A stretch of DNA of 64,000 bases from a candidate division WOR-3 bacterium (GCA_027003075.1 JALWYV010000010.1:3900-67899), one strand, 5' to 3'. Shown: positions 9,614 to 20,215, counted from the first letter of the stretch. Numbers and translations are program-made. The notes: generated by a model not told the origin, from the sequence alone.

Positions 9614-11056
9614 ATGACTTACGAAAAGGTGTTGGAACTCTACGAGAGGATGCAGGAGGAGTTGAACAGGGAAAGCTACCTCCTCGGTGCGGGTCTGAAA
9701 GAGAAACCCGAATACGACCGTATCTTTGAGAGATACCCGGAACTGGCCGATATGAAAACGGCCACCGCCATAATCCGGGAGAAGATGGACCTCCACGAGG
9801 ACGCTCCCGACGAGGTGGTTGAGGCTTACGATAGGGTTATCTTCACGATCCTTGAACTGTACCTGAGCCGCAAGACCCTCGCAGAGAGCCAGAAGATGGA
9901 GATGTACGAGATGTCGGCGGAGGTGGAGGTTGAGGGCAAGAAGGTACCCTACCGTATGGTCCCCCTCCTCATACAGAAAGAAAGCAAACGGGATAAGAGG
10001 CGCCTCTACTACGACGCCACCCTCCCCGTCGTTGAGAAGTTGACGTCCATGAAACTGGAGATCTACAGGAAGGCCCTCATGGTCGTCCGCAAGGACTTCG
10101 GATACCCCAACCTGTACGAGTACCACAACGCCCGGAAGATGGACGACTTCTCCGCCTACGCCGGCAGGATGAAGGACTTCCTTAAAGAGACGGAGGAGGA
10201 GTACAGGCCCCTCGCGGAGGAGTTCTTCGGGGAGATCCTCGGCCTCAGGTGGGGGGAGGTGGAGCCTTACGACTCCCCTTACCTCGTCTCCGGCAGTGCG
10301 TTTGACGTATCCCTGAAACTTCCGGACGTGGACGCCCTGAGGGAGACCCTCAGGAGGGGAGGGATAGATCTGGACTCCATGCCCAACCTCAGGATAGACG
10401 ACGAAGTGAGGCCTAAGAAGTCCCCGAGGGCCTTCTGCGTACCGATAAAGATCCCCGACGAGGTGGTCGTCGTTGTGAAACCCTCCGGTGCGTTCTCCGA
10501 CGTATCCACGCTCTTTCACGAGATGGGCCACGGCCTGCACTTCGCCTTTACGGACAGGAACCTGTCCGTACCCCACAGGCTCATGGGAAGGGTGGGGACG
10601 AGCGAGATATACTCCTTCAACATGCAGTACGTGACAGATCAACCCCTGTGGCTTGATGCCTTCGCCGTGGGGTGGGACGACAGGTTCGTTAGGTTCCGCC
10701 GGTTCGTCTACCTCTACTACCGCAGGCGCTACGCCGCCAAGGTCATTTACGAGGTGGAACTATTCAAAGGGGACGACTGGGAGAGGGTAGGCCCCGACCT
10801 CTACGAGAGGATACTGACCGACGCCACGGGCGTACATCACAACAGGGAAAGGTACTTCCTTGACATAGACTGGGGGTTCTACTCCGTAGACTACTCGCAG
10901 GCGTGGGAAGTGGAGGCGGCTCTGAGGGAGTTTCTGAAGGGGGAGTTCGGTGAGGACTGGTTCTTTAAACCTGAAGCCTACGAGTACCTTAAGGGGCTGT
11001 GGAGCCTCGGCATGAAGTACGCGCCGTTGAAACTGGCCTCCAAACTGTGGGGTTAG
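9614..11056 (+). CDS. M3/gluzincin-like zinc metallopeptidase
   Basis: RPKKSPRAFC, TLFHEMGHGLH (HExxH) and downstream SE. Confidence 0.75.
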   Translation: MTYEKVLELYERMQEELNRESYLLGAGLKEKPEYDRIFERYPELADMKTATAIIREKMDLHEDAPDEVVEAYDRVIFTILELYLSRKTLAESQKMEMYEMSAEVEVEGKKVPYRMVPLLIQKESKRDKRRLYYDATLPVVEKLTSMKLEIYRKALMVVRKDFGYPNLYEYHNARKMDDFSAYAGRMKDFLKETEEEYRPLAEEFFGEILGLRWGEVEPYDSPYLVSGSAFDVSLKLPDVDALRETLRRGGIDLDSMPNLRIDDEVRPKKSPRAFCVPIKIPDEVVVVVKPSGAFSDVSTLFHEMGHGLHFAFTDRNLSVPHRLMGRVGTSEIYSFNMQYVTDQPLWLDAFAVGWDDRFVRFRRFVYLYYRRRYAAKVIYEVELFKGDDWERVGPDLYERILTDATGVHHNRERYFLDIDWGFYSVDYSQAWEVEAALREFLKGEFGEDWFFKPEAYEYLKGLWSLGMKYAPLKLASKLWG

Positions 11057-11078
11057 GCCTACCTTAGAATTCCCTCCC

Positions 11079-11723
11079 GTGAGGAGGATAATCGTAGTTT
11101 TAGCAGCGGTAAGCCTCGTATCCTGCGCCTCCCTGAGTCGCTTCAAGTTCTGGGGGAAGGAGAAGGTCAGGGTCGTAATACCGGAGGAGTCCTTTAAGAA
11201 GGGCATGGAACTTTACGAAAAGGGCAAGTACAAGGACGCCATAAAGTACTTTAAGGAGGTCCTTTACACGAAGGGGTACGGCCCCCTCGCCGAGAGTGCC
11301 GCGGTGTTCCTCGGATGGTCCTACCTGAAGATGCACGCCTACGACGAGGCCATAGGTGAACTGGAGAACTTCCTGAACACCTACAGGAGGACGTCCGACT
11401 CCCTCCGGGCGCTGGCACACCTCGGTCTGGCAAAGGCTTACAACGAGAAACATACCAACCTTGAACTGGACATTTCCGACATAGACAAAGCCGTATACCA
11501 CGCCCAGATGCTCAAACGGATGGGAATTTTCACGAAAGAGGCGGACAGAATAATAAAAGAGGTCAGGTATAAGAAGGCCACAAAGATGCTTATGGCGGCC
11601 GACGTTTACTCCAAGCTCAAGGTTTACAAGTCGGTAAAGGTCTATCTGAGGACCTTCCTGAAACTTTACCCGGACGACCCGCGGGCAGACTCCGTTAAGA
11701 AGGTACTTGAATCCCTAAAATGA
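11079..11723 (+). CDS. bamD: Outer membrane assembly lipoprotein, BamD-like
   Basis: Lipobox LVSC, TPR helices, C-terminal LKLYPDD. Confidence 0.75.
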   Translation: MRRIIVVLAAVSLVSCASLSRFKFWGKEKVRVVIPEESFKKGMELYEKGKYKDAIKYFKEVLYTKGYGPLAESAAVFLGWSYLKMHAYDEAIGELENFLNTYRRTSDSLRALAHLGLAKAYNEKHTNLELDISDIDKAVYHAQMLKRMGIFTKEADRIIKEVRYKKATKMLMAADVYSKLKVYKSVKVYLRTFLKLYPDDPRADSVKKVLESLK

Positions 11724-12685
11724 GGATAGCCCTTTTCGGCGGGAGGTTTGACCCTCCCCATTACGGCCACCTGATTCTGGCACGGGACATATACGAGAGC
11801 GGAAGGTTTGACAGGGTGAGGTTTCTGGTAAATTACGACCCTCCACATAAGAAGGCGGAGGCCGATTTCACCCACAGGGTACGGATGCTGAACCTCCTGA
11901 TAAGGGGAGAGGAGGGGCTGGAGGTGGATCCCTTTGAGGGGGAGATGAACATAAGCCCATCCTACACATATGCCGTTCTGAAGGCGTACAGGCGCGCCCA
12001 TCCCGGATGTGAGATCTACTTCGTAGTTGGGGAGGACCAGCTCAGGGCTATAAGGACGTGGAAGAACTACGAGGAGTTGCCCGGTCTGGCTAAGTTCGTA
12101 CTACTGAAGAGGGGGAGCGTGTCGGTGCCGAGGGAGATTCTGGAGGTGTTCCGTCCTATGGTTCTAACGGTCAGGAAACTTGACATATCCGCATCCGAGA
12201 TAAGGCGCAGGATAAAGGAGGGCAGGAGCATAAGGGGTTTAACGTCCGACGAGGTTATAGATTACATAAACTTCCACGGCCTGTACACCAACGGTGGTGA
12301 GATAACGGTTTACACCGACGCATCGGCTCGGGGCAACCCCGGAGAGTTGACCATCGCTTTTGTGGTCAGAAGGGGAGACAGGACGGTTTACGAGTACTCC
12401 CGCGTTGTAGGACATGGAACGAACAACGAGGGGGAGTATCTTGCCCTCATAGAGGCGCTAAACTGGGCGATAGGGGAAGGGATAAAGGGGTTTACGGTTT
12501 TTATGGATTCCCGTCTGGTAGTGAACCAGATCAAGGGGGTTTACAGGGTACGCAGTCCCAAGATAAAACCCCTTTACGAAAAGGCGCGAGAGCTTCTTTC
12601 GGCGGCAGATGCTAAGTTAGAGTATATTCCACGGGAAATGAACGTATCCGACCGGTTAACGAGGATAAAAACGCCCACAGTTTAA
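11720..12685 (+). CDS. nadD: Nicotinate-nucleotide adenylyltransferase fused to C-terminal ribonuclease HI
   Basis: GGRFDPPHYGH and ISASEIR (NadD); YTDASARGNPG, TNNEGEY, DSRLVVNQ and PREMNVSDRL (RNase HI). Confidence 0.88.
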   Translation: MRIALFGGRFDPPHYGHLILARDIYESGRFDRVRFLVNYDPPHKKAEADFTHRVRMLNLLIRGEEGLEVDPFEGEMNISPSYTYAVLKAYRRAHPGCEIYFVVGEDQLRAIRTWKNYEELPGLAKFVLLKRGSVSVPREILEVFRPMVLTVRKLDISASEIRRRIKEGRSIRGLTSDEVIDYINFHGLYTNGGEITVYTDASARGNPGELTIAFVVRRGDRTVYEYSRVVGHGTNNEGEYLALIEALNWAIGEGIKGFTVFMDSRLVVNQIKGVYRVRSPKIKPLYEKARELLSAADAKLEYIPREMNVSDRLTRIKTPTV

Positions 12686-12899
12686 CCACCGTAATGTCCG
12701 GTGGATCCGCACGGTATAACGGTTTTACCCTTTCATTCTCCCTGCTTCCAGCCATCTTCCGGACTTTGAGATGTTGCTGAAAAGCGTTGATGTCCTTAGC
12801 CTCCTCAATAATTTCCTTCGCTTTATCAAGGGCTTTGAGACCGTCTGGTGGCAGCTTCTTTTTTGCTCGTTCAACCCTATTCGTGCATTCCCACCTCAT
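12612..12899 (-). pseudogene. Degenerate RelE/ParE-like toxin
   Basis: N-terminus and KVRKMAG resemble RelE, but the YRxRxGxYR core is largely missing and the tail overlaps nadD. Confidence 0.45.
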
Positions 12900-13351
12900 G
12901 GGCCGCGGCTATCTTGCGAATCTCCTCTTTATCTTCCTCCTTCACCCTCTTCAACATCTCCACCTCGCTCCACATCATAACTACCTTATCAATGACCCTA
13001 TCAAGGGCCTCACGCACACGATCCGGAAGCGTCTTGAACTTTTCGTGCTGTTCTGCAAGCCCTTCGGCCGCGTAGAGGGCGAGGACTAAGAAAACGGCTC
13101 CTCCCGTATAGCCGATGAGATCCGTCAGATAATCGGGGTCCAGGTTCTCCGCCGCGAAGTGAGGATAGGAGGCGGGCGATTAACCTCTGGGTCTGGGGCA
13201 TGAAGGTCCGTTTTACTATCTTAACCTGCAGGCTCTCTACCTTCTCCGCCGAGAAACCCGTTTTCCCCTTCCATCCCACGATTCCGGCCAGATTGGAGGT
13301 GATAGGTGGAAGGTTTATCTTTTCTTCCAGCCGCCTGCTGTTTATCCTCAT
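12877..13351 (-). pseudogene. Frameshifted putative antitoxin / hypothetical protein
   Basis: Frame 1 MRINSRR..RLIARLLSSL continues in an offset frame as AAENLDPDYLTDLIG...EIRKIAAAHEVGMHE*; overlaps the toxin start. Confidence 0.5.
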
Positions 13352-13407
13352 CGCCCTATTTTACACCCGAATAACGTTCTTAGTTTTGCACTTAACAAAC
13401 GGTCTAC

Positions 13408-14166
13408 CTAATCAGAGTCCGAAGCCCCGGTTTCCTTCTCAAAAAGAAGGGCGTACTTCTGAAAGTGGTACCACGCCTGTGAGAGTGCGTATACTATGCC
13501 CCTTCTTCCGTCTAAAAACGCTCCCTGAAGAACGTAGTACCTCAAGAACATAAGTGGAAAGCGAAAGAGCAGGTCCCAGAAGGACGCCCGTTTTCCCGCC
13601 TCGTCCTTTTCCCTTGCCGAAAGTGCGGCGTACTTCGTGTTCTTCTCCCAGTGGTGCAGGAGGTTCCTGTAAGGTCTGTGTCCTATATAACCCCTCAACT
13701 TCCCGATTCTCCCACTTCTGATGCTCAGGGTTTCGTGAACGTACTTCCCGGAGATCACGGCCACATCTCTGCGGGCGAGCCTCAGGAGGCGCGTTCCCCT
13801 CATACGTTGCAACTTTCCCAAGTACACGTTTCGCCTCAGGACGGTGTAGGCGTCGTACTCACCGCCTTTTACCGCCTCACCTATGCTCTGGGCCACTTCG
13901 GGGGTGAGCCACTCGTCGGCGTCCATAAAGAGAACCCATTCGCCCCTTGCGAGAGATAGGGCGTATTCCCGCTGTTTAACGTACCCCTCCCACTCTTTGA
14001 AAAATACCCTTGCCCCGTACTCCTTCGCTATCTCAACCGTTCTGTCCGTAGAACCGGAGTCCACCACCACCACTTCATAGTCAACGGGTAGAAGTTTCAA
14101 ACTCTCCAGAAGGGTGGGGAGGTTGTCCTCCTCATCCCTCGTAAGGACGAGTACGGATAGTTTCAA
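13408..14166 (-). CDS. GT2 glycosyltransferase (KdtX/WaaE-like)
   Basis: VVVDSGSTDRT, WVLFMDADE, VHE, GAFLDGRRG. Confidence 0.9.
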   Translation of the reverse strand: MKLSVLVLTRDEEDNLPTLLESLKLLPVDYEVVVVDSGSTDRTVEIAKEYGARVFFKEWEGYVKQREYALSLARGEWVLFMDADEWLTPEVAQSIGEAVKGGEYDAYTVLRRNVYLGKLQRMRGTRLLRLARRDVAVISGKYVHETLSIRSGRIGKLRGYIGHRPYRNLLHHWEKNTKYAALSAREKDEAGKRASFWDLLFRFPLMFLRYYVLQGAFLDGRRGIVYALSQAWYHFQKYALLFEKETGASDSD

Positions 14167-15137
14167 ATCCAGTTTTCGTACCTGAACTGCCTGAGGAAAC
14201 GGACGTCGTTTTCGTAGAAATGGCGTATATCCTCAATCCCGTACTTCACCATGGCGAACCTCTCCACCCCTATACCGAAGGCGTACCCGGACCACTCGTC
14301 CGGATCTATGCCAACGTTTTTGAGGACATTAGGGTGGATCATGCCGCAGCCCAACATCTCCAACCACTCCCCCCTATACCATACGGACACCTCCATGGAC
14401 GGCTCCGTAAACGGGAAGTAAGAGGGTACGAACTTTACCCTCGCATCCTCACCGAACAGGGCCTTAACTATCTGCTCCAGTGTCCATTTCAGAGAACCGA
14501 TACTTATGTCCCTGTCAACGGCGAACCCCTCTATCTGGTGGAAGACGGGGGAGTGGGTGGCGTCAAAGTCGTCCGCCCGAAATACCTTTCCGAAGGTCGC
14601 AGCCTTCAGCGGAGGTCTGTGGGACTTCATGTACCTGATCTGGAAGGGGGACGTGTGCGTTCTCAGTAGCATGCCGTTGTTGAGGTAAAGGGACTGCTGC
14701 ATGTCTCTGGCCGGATGCCACTGGGGTATGTTGAGCAGGGTGAAGTTGTTCTCGTCCGTTTCCACCTCCGGACCTTCCCCTATCTCAAACCCCATGTTCT
14801 CAAGGACCTTCAGGATCTCGTTGGCCACTATCTTTATGGGGTGGAGGGCGCCGACCCCTTTCCTTCTAAGCCTCCCCGGGAGGGTGGGGTCGGAGGGTTT
14901 TATCCTGTCAAGGAGGTCCTCCCGCCTCTCCCTTATTACGGCCTCTATCTCCTTTTTTAAGGCGTTCAGAACGCTCCCGACCCGTCTCCTCTCCTCTGGA
15001 GGGAGATCCTTAAGCCTTTTAAGTTGCTGGGTTATCTTACCCTTCTTGCCTATGTACTCGGCCTTCAGGGCGTCAAGCTCGGCGACGGTCTTTACCGCCG
15101 ATAACCTCTCGTAGAACTCCTTCTTCAGGTCCTCCAT
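14163..15137 (-). CDS. pheS: Phenylalanyl-tRNA synthetase alpha subunit
   Basis: HPARDMQ, LLRTHTSP, THSPVFHQIEG, YFPFTEPS, AFGIGVER. Confidence 0.98.
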   Translation of the reverse strand: MEDLKKEFYERLSAVKTVAELDALKAEYIGKKGKITQQLKRLKDLPPEERRRVGSVLNALKKEIEAVIRERREDLLDRIKPSDPTLPGRLRRKGVGALHPIKIVANEILKVLENMGFEIGEGPEVETDENNFTLLNIPQWHPARDMQQSLYLNNGMLLRTHTSPFQIRYMKSHRPPLKAATFGKVFRADDFDATHSPVFHQIEGFAVDRDISIGSLKWTLEQIVKALFGEDARVKFVPSYFPFTEPSMEVSVWYRGEWLEMLGCGMIHPNVLKNVGIDPDEWSGYAFGIGVERFAMVKYGIEDIRHFYENDVRFLRQFRYENWI

Positions 15138-15138
15138 A

Positions 15139-15489
15139 TCATAGGTGCTGCTTTGCCACGTCCACGAGCTGGGCGAAGGTGTCAGGCTCGTAGTAGGCTA
15201 TGTACGCGAGACTCTTACGGTCAAGCTCCACGCCGGCCTTCTTTAGCCCGTAGATGAAACGGGAGTAGTTGAGGCCGTGCTGACGGGCGGCGGCGTTTAT
15301 TCTCTGGATCCAGAGGCGACGGAAATCCCTCTTGCGACGCTTACGGTCAACGTAGGCGTGTCTTAAGGCCTTAAGTACGGTTTCCTTGGCAGTTTTGAAC
15401 CTGCGGGAGTTGACACCCCAGTACCCCTTCGCCAGTTCCAGCCAGAACCTGTGTTTCTCCTGCCTGTACTTCCCGGTCTTTACTCTCAT
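15139..15489 (-). CDS. rplT: 50S ribosomal protein L20
   Basis: [33 protein letters not shown]. Confidence 0.98.
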   Translation of the reverse strand: MRVKTGKYRQEKHRFWLELAKGYWGVNSRRFKTAKETVLKALRHAYVDRKRRKRDFRRLWIQRINAAARQHGLNYSRFIYGLKKAGVELDRKSLAYIAYYEPDTFAQLVDVAKQHL

Positions 15490-15525
15490 AGTCCGCCTAT
15501 TCTAAGGCCGACACCCACCCTTTCT

Positions 15526-16044
15526 TTACTTAAACTTCCTTACTCTGTAGTACACTTTTGCGGAGTCCATCCCGTTCACAGGGCAGCCCTCGGCAGGCGA
15601 AAACAGGGCGGCCACGTAGTAGTGGGTTGCAGGTACGGGGCCGAAGTACTGGATATTCTCGCGATAAAAGGTGTCGCCCACAAACGAGAGGGAGTCGCTG
15701 GAAGCGAGGGAGTAGTTAAAGACCGTGGGATCTCCCGGATCCGTCGTGTCCAGCATAAACCCCACGAGGAGCATAAACGTGCCATAGTCGTAGCGGAAGA
15801 GGACGTCCGTATAGTCACCGGGGTCAATGGGTTCCGATAGTGGAAATCTATCGCCCGGTATTTCCAGGGCCCCCGGAGGGGCAGAGATTATACCGGTGTC
15901 GCACTCTGTATCTCCGCTGGTATCCATACGGTAAACCGTTAGAATCCCTTCGGCTACGGTTATAACATCTTCACCGGGATGTGAAGCCCCCTTATCACAG
16001 GAGAGAGTTAGTATTATTGCGAGGATTAACGCTATCCTCCGCAT
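15526..16044 (-). CDS. Hypothetical lipoprotein
   Basis: MRRIALILAIILTLSC lipobox; TAAAAT 5 nt upstream. Confidence 0.65.
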   Translation of the reverse strand: MRRIALILAIILTLSCDKGASHPGEDVITVAEGILTVYRMDTSGDTECDTGIISAPPGALEIPGDRFPLSEPIDPGDYTDVLFRYDYGTFMLLVGFMLDTTDPGDPTVFNYSLASSDSLSFVGDTFYRENIQYFGPVPATHYYVAALFSPAEGCPVNGMDSAKVYYRVRKFK

Positions 16045-16176
16045 ACGGGATTTTACTCGTGTGGTGGGGAACTCCGTTTCTCAGGAACGGGAATCGGATG
16101 CGTACGGTTCCCTTAACGGCAGGATTCCGGCAATAGATTGCTTCAGTATAGTCTTCCCTCGTATAATCTCCGGTCT

Positions 16177-17256
16177 ATGCATAAAAAGTTGTTTCTGCCC
16201 GGTCCCGTGGAGGTGCTTGACGAGGTGCTTCAGACTCAGGCCAGACCACTAATAGGACACAGGAGCAAAGAGTTCTCACGTCTTTACAAGGGGGTAATAA
16301 ACAAACTTAAAAGGCTATTCAACACCGAATACCACGCCTTCGTTTTTACGTCATCCGGTACGGGGGTCCTTGAAGGGTTTATAAGGAACTTCGTAAAGGA
16401 GAAGGTACTCATCCCCGTGAACGGATCCTTCTCAAAACGGTGGGTGGAGGCCGCCCAGCTGAACGGTAAGGGGGTGAAGGCCCTTGAATTTGAGTGGGGC
16501 AGGGCGGTCAGGCCCGAAGTAGTTGCTGAGGAGTTGAGAAGGGAGAGATACGACGCCCTTATGGTGGTACATAACGAATCTTCAACCGGTCTCACCAACC
16601 CCCTGAAGGAGATAGCAGAGGTCGTAAGGGAGGTCTCACCCGACACCCTCATCTTAGTTGATGCCGTGAGCGGGATGCTCGGAGTTCCCCTTGAGCTGGA
16701 GGGTTGGGGCATAGATGCCGTTGCCGCCAGCGTACAGAAGGCCTTCGGTCTCCCTCCGGGTATATCGGTCGCCTACGTGAGCGAGAGGGCGATGGAGCGC
16801 TCTAAGGAGATAGAGAACCGGGGGATGTACTTCAACTTTGAGAAGATGTTGGACTACTACAACAGGAAGAAACAGACCCCCTTTACCCCCAACATATCCC
16901 TAATGTACGCCCTTGACTACCAGCTGGATCGCATACTCGCCGAGGGGGTTGAGAACAGGTACGAGAGACACCTGAGGATGGCGGAACTGGCCCGGAAGTG
17001 GGCGCTTGAGAGGTTTGACATGTTTCCGGAGGAGGGGTACTGGTCCAGGACCATAACGTGCGTTGCCAACACCCGCGGCATGCCCGTGGCCGAGTTCATA
17101 GAGGAACTCGGAAGGAGGGGATACGCCATAGCGAACGGTTACGGCCCCCTCAGGGAAAAGACCTTCCGCATAGGACACATGGGAGACCTGACCGAAAGGG
17201 ACGTTTCGGAGTTACTCGGGGTAATGGACGAGATAATCCGGGAGAGGGGATGGTAA
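16177..17256 (+). CDS. Class V PLP aminotransferase (serine-pyruvate/alanine-glyoxylate family)
   Basis: [39 protein letters not shown] 16177 after TATAAT. Confidence 0.9.
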   Translation: MHKKLFLPGPVEVLDEVLQTQARPLIGHRSKEFSRLYKGVINKLKRLFNTEYHAFVFTSSGTGVLEGFIRNFVKEKVLIPVNGSFSKRWVEAAQLNGKGVKALEFEWGRAVRPEVVAEELRRERYDALMVVHNESSTGLTNPLKEIAEVVREVSPDTLILVDAVSGMLGVPLELEGWGIDAVAASVQKAFGLPPGISVAYVSERAMERSKEIENRGMYFNFEKMLDYYNRKKQTPFTPNISLMYALDYQLDRILAEGVENRYERHLRMAELARKWALERFDMFPEEGYWSRTITCVANTRGMPVAEFIEELGRRGYAIANGYGPLREKTFRIGHMGDLTERDVSELLGVMDEIIRERGW

Positions 17257-18260
17257 AGAACCTTCCGCCCGCAAAGGTAATAGCCGAAATAGTTAAGGGA
17301 ACCATCGTAGGGGACGGGGAGTTCGTGCCGGGTGGGATAGCCGAGTCTCCGGAAGCCGGCCCGGAGGACCTGACCGTCTGGGACGGCAGGGGCCCCATAT
17401 CGGAGGACGTGGGGGTGGTGATCTCCCCGGAGCGCCCCCCCGGAAAGGTAAAGGCCTTCATAAAGGTTAAGGATTATCGGGAGGCTCTGGCCCACCTCCT
17501 CTCCCACTTTGAACCTCCTCACCCTTTCAAAGGAGTAAGTCCGGCCGCCTTCGTGGAGGATGGGGCGAAGGTTGAGGAAGGGGCCGCCGTGGCGCCGTTC
17601 GCCTACGTATCCGGGGGTGCCGTTATCGGGAAGGGGGCGGTGATCTACCCCTTCGTTTACGTGGGACCGGGCGCCCGGATAGGGGAGGGGACGGTGGTTT
17701 ACCCGTTTGCCTACATAGGCTGGGGCGTGGAGGTCGGAAAGCGTTGCCTTATACATCCGGGAGCCGTCATAGGGGCGGAGGGGTTCGGGTTCGTACCTAC
17801 CGAGACGGGATGGCTCCGGATACCCCAGATAGGTCGGGTAAGGATAGGGAACGACGTACGGATAGGGGCGAACACTACCGTTGATAGGGCCACGTTCTCC
17901 GTAACTTCTGTGGGTAAGGGCAGTAAGATAGACAACCTCGTCCAGATAGCCCACAACGTTAAGATAGGGGACTACACCGTAATAGCCGCCCAAAGTGGAA
18001 TAGCCGGGGGAACGGAGATAGGCTCCCGTGTGATATTCGGGGGCCAGGTGGGGGTGGCGGACCACGTAAAGGTCGGCGATGGCGTGATAGCCGCCGCCGG
18101 TTCCGGTATAAGTTCCAACGTGCCACCGGGCAAGGTGATAGCCGGCAAGATACCGGCGAGGGACAGGAGCCGTTTTAACCGGAGTGCCGTCCTGTTTTAC
18201 AAACTTCCGGAGATATACTCCCGTCTGCTTGAACTGGCGAGGAAACTGGAGAAAAAGTGA
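17250..18260 (+). CDS. lpxD: UDP-3-O-acyl-glucosamine N-acyltransferase
   Basis: Hexapeptide repeats, [38 protein letters not shown] 17250 overlaps the upstream gene. Confidence 0.95.
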   Translation: MVKNLPPAKVIAEIVKGTIVGDGEFVPGGIAESPEAGPEDLTVWDGRGPISEDVGVVISPERPPGKVKAFIKVKDYREALAHLLSHFEPPHPFKGVSPAAFVEDGAKVEEGAAVAPFAYVSGGAVIGKGAVIYPFVYVGPGARIGEGTVVYPFAYIGWGVEVGKRCLIHPGAVIGAEGFGFVPTETGWLRIPQIGRVRIGNDVRIGANTTVDRATFSVTSVGKGSKIDNLVQIAHNVKIGDYTVIAAQSGIAGGTEIGSRVIFGGQVGVADHVKVGDGVIAAAGSGISSNVPPGKVIAGKIPARDRSRFNRSAVLFYKLPEIYSRLLELARKLEKK

Positions 18261-18290
18261 TGGGCTACTTTCACCCCTACAATTCGTACC

Positions 18291-19091
18291 ATGGGAAAAG
18301 CGCTTCTTGGACGTAAGGGTAATATAATCATAGGCACACTTGAAAGCAAGGACATAGTAACGGAGGCCAGAAGGATACACAACACTTCCCCGACTGCCAC
18401 CGCCCTTCTTGGGCGCCTTTTAACCGGTGCGGCCCTATACAGTCTGACGTACAGGGGTACGAGACCGAAGCTCATAACCTTTGAGATCCTATCCGATGGG
18501 CCCGTAAAGCACGCCGTGGCGCAGGTGAAAGGAAATCGCCTGAGGGGATACGTTAAGAACCCCGAAGCGGACGCCGACCCCAGGGGAGGGAAGTTAGACG
18601 TCGCATCCATAGTGAGGAAGGGTATCTTAAGGGTCATAAGGGATAACTACGTCAGCGAGGTTCCTCTGGTGAGTGGGGAAGTGGGGGAGGACATAGCCTA
18701 CTTCTTCTATCAGTCGGAGCAGCGGCGTACGGCCGTGGGCGTGGGCGTGCTGGTGGGGGAGTACGGGGAGGTCGTGTCTGCCGGAGGCTTTATACTTGAG
18801 GTCCTTCCCGACGCGACGGAGGAGGAGATAACGGAGGTTGAAGGGAAGCTCAAGGGGTTTTCGGTGAGCAGGTTCCTTCAGGGTAAAGGGGTGGAGGATC
18901 TTTTCCGGTACTTTGGGGGAGAAGATGCGGAGGTGGCGGAGGAAACGGATTACAGGTACGACTGCTGGTGTACCTACGAGGAGGTGGAGAAACTGGTTCT
19001 CATGATGAGGGAGGAAATGAAGGAAGATAAGGTGGTGGCCCGGTGTACGTTCTGCAAGAAGGAGTACATAATAGATCTGGGGAAGAAGTAG
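18291..19091 (+). CDS. hslO: Hsp33 redox-regulated chaperone
   Basis: SPTATALLGRLL, LVSGEVGED..YFFYQSEQ, AGGF, CWC...CTFC zinc motif. Confidence 0.93.
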   Translation: MGKALLGRKGNIIIGTLESKDIVTEARRIHNTSPTATALLGRLLTGAALYSLTYRGTRPKLITFEILSDGPVKHAVAQVKGNRLRGYVKNPEADADPRGGKLDVASIVRKGILRVIRDNYVSEVPLVSGEVGEDIAYFFYQSEQRRTAVGVGVLVGEYGEVVSAGGFILEVLPDATEEEITEVEGKLKGFSVSRFLQGKGVEDLFRYFGGEDAEVAEETDYRYDCWCTYEEVEKLVLMMREEMKEDKVVARCTFCKKEYIIDLGKK

Positions 19092-19133
19092 TACTCCATC
19101 GCCCTCACTCTGGCAAACCTGAGGGTTACGCAC

Positions 19134-19948
19134 TTATAGACCTGTGTCCTCAGGCGGCAGCGTCCACCCCAACCTCGGCACCACGCTGAAGGAAACCCTC
19201 AACCTCGCCCATCCGCTATCCCCTCCGGGTATCAACTCCACGGCCCCGTAGTGGTAGTACTCGCCGATATGGAACCTGACTATCCTCCTGTGGGTGAGGC
19301 GGAAGCTGTCCTGCTCAACGAAGGGAAAGGTGCTGTCTATCAGATAGGCCGTAGTCTCGGGGGAGATGAAAACAGCGTTGTACCCTACCGGTCTTATCCA
19401 TACGTAGGGGGAGTCGGAGCGCACCGTAAAACGAAATTCGGCGTAGTGAGGTTTACCGTCATAACCACACGATGTTTCTTCAGAATCAAAATACACGATG
19501 TTTCTTCAGAATCAAAATAATGGAAACTCCCGGCCAATTTAAAAGTGTCGTCTGTTGTATCACTGATATAAGTATGCCCATATTCAAAGACATCGTTTAT
19601 TTCCGGAAATTGTGCGTCAAGGAAGTGGCATATGCCACCTTTACCGTCTATAGCTACTTCGGCACTGTCAACGAATACGACCGTAGTGTCAACGATGGCC
19701 ACACTAAGTCCGGAACTATCTACGGAGCATCTGATCCTCGCGGTGTCTGGCTTCTTATCGTAGTCAAAATAACAACCGGCAAGTGATCCGTAATTAGCCG
19801 CGCGTATCACTACGTAGAGCTTCGTACCGTGTGATAGAAATGAGGGGTGGTACACGTATATCTTTCCTCCCTCCATACCGCAGTCGGTCGCCTGAAAGAA
19901 CAGGACAGAGACTACAACAAATAGAGTCGCTAAAATCTTCCTCATCAT
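19134..19948 (-). pseudogene. Putative lipoprotein frameshifted by a 26-bp tandem duplication
   Basis: Two ORFs share YFDSEETSC; removing one repeat copy gives a single 262-aa ORF. Confidence 0.8.
19467..19518. repeat. Perfect 26-bp tandem duplication
   Basis: ACACGATGTTTCTTCAGAATCAAAAT at 19467-19492 and 19493-19518. Confidence 0.95.
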
Positions 19949-20190
19949 CTTACGATCTCCTTCCTTATCTTCCCATCTATACGGAACATGTAGACCCCGG
20001 ATTTTAGATGGATCTCCTTACGGCCGTCAACCGTGAACCTGCCGATGAGCCTGCCGGAGGGGTCGTAGACTTCAACCCTTCCTTTGCCCGTCAGAATAAC
20101 TTTTTTGTCTTTTTTGATAAGTGCCATTAACGGAATTTTAAAGCCGAGGTCGGATATTCTGTGCTTTCCCTTTCCCAATTTCTCCCTCAC
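19945..20190 (-). CDS. Stand-alone or remnant T9SS-type C-terminal sorting domain
   Basis: VEVYDPSGRLI...LKSGVYMFRIDGKIRKEIVR with no cargo domain or hydrophobic N-terminus. Confidence 0.55.
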   Translation of the reverse strand: MREKLGKGKHRISDLGFKIPLMALIKKDKKVILTGKGRVEVYDPSGRLIGRFTVDGRKEIHLKSGVYMFRIDGKIRKEIVR

Positions 20191-20215
20191 ACCGCAGGTT
20201 TAAAATACCCCAACT

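Noticed and set aside
16085..16125. Group II intron domain V-like CGTACGGTTC
   Set aside because: No matching GAGCCG 5' arm, other intron domains or maturase
17139..18380. Long antisense ORFs (also 799..1560, 9554..10642, 37194..38210, 51031..52104, 53584..54717)
   Set aside because: Shadow ORFs opposite well-supported genes, with no recognisable motifs
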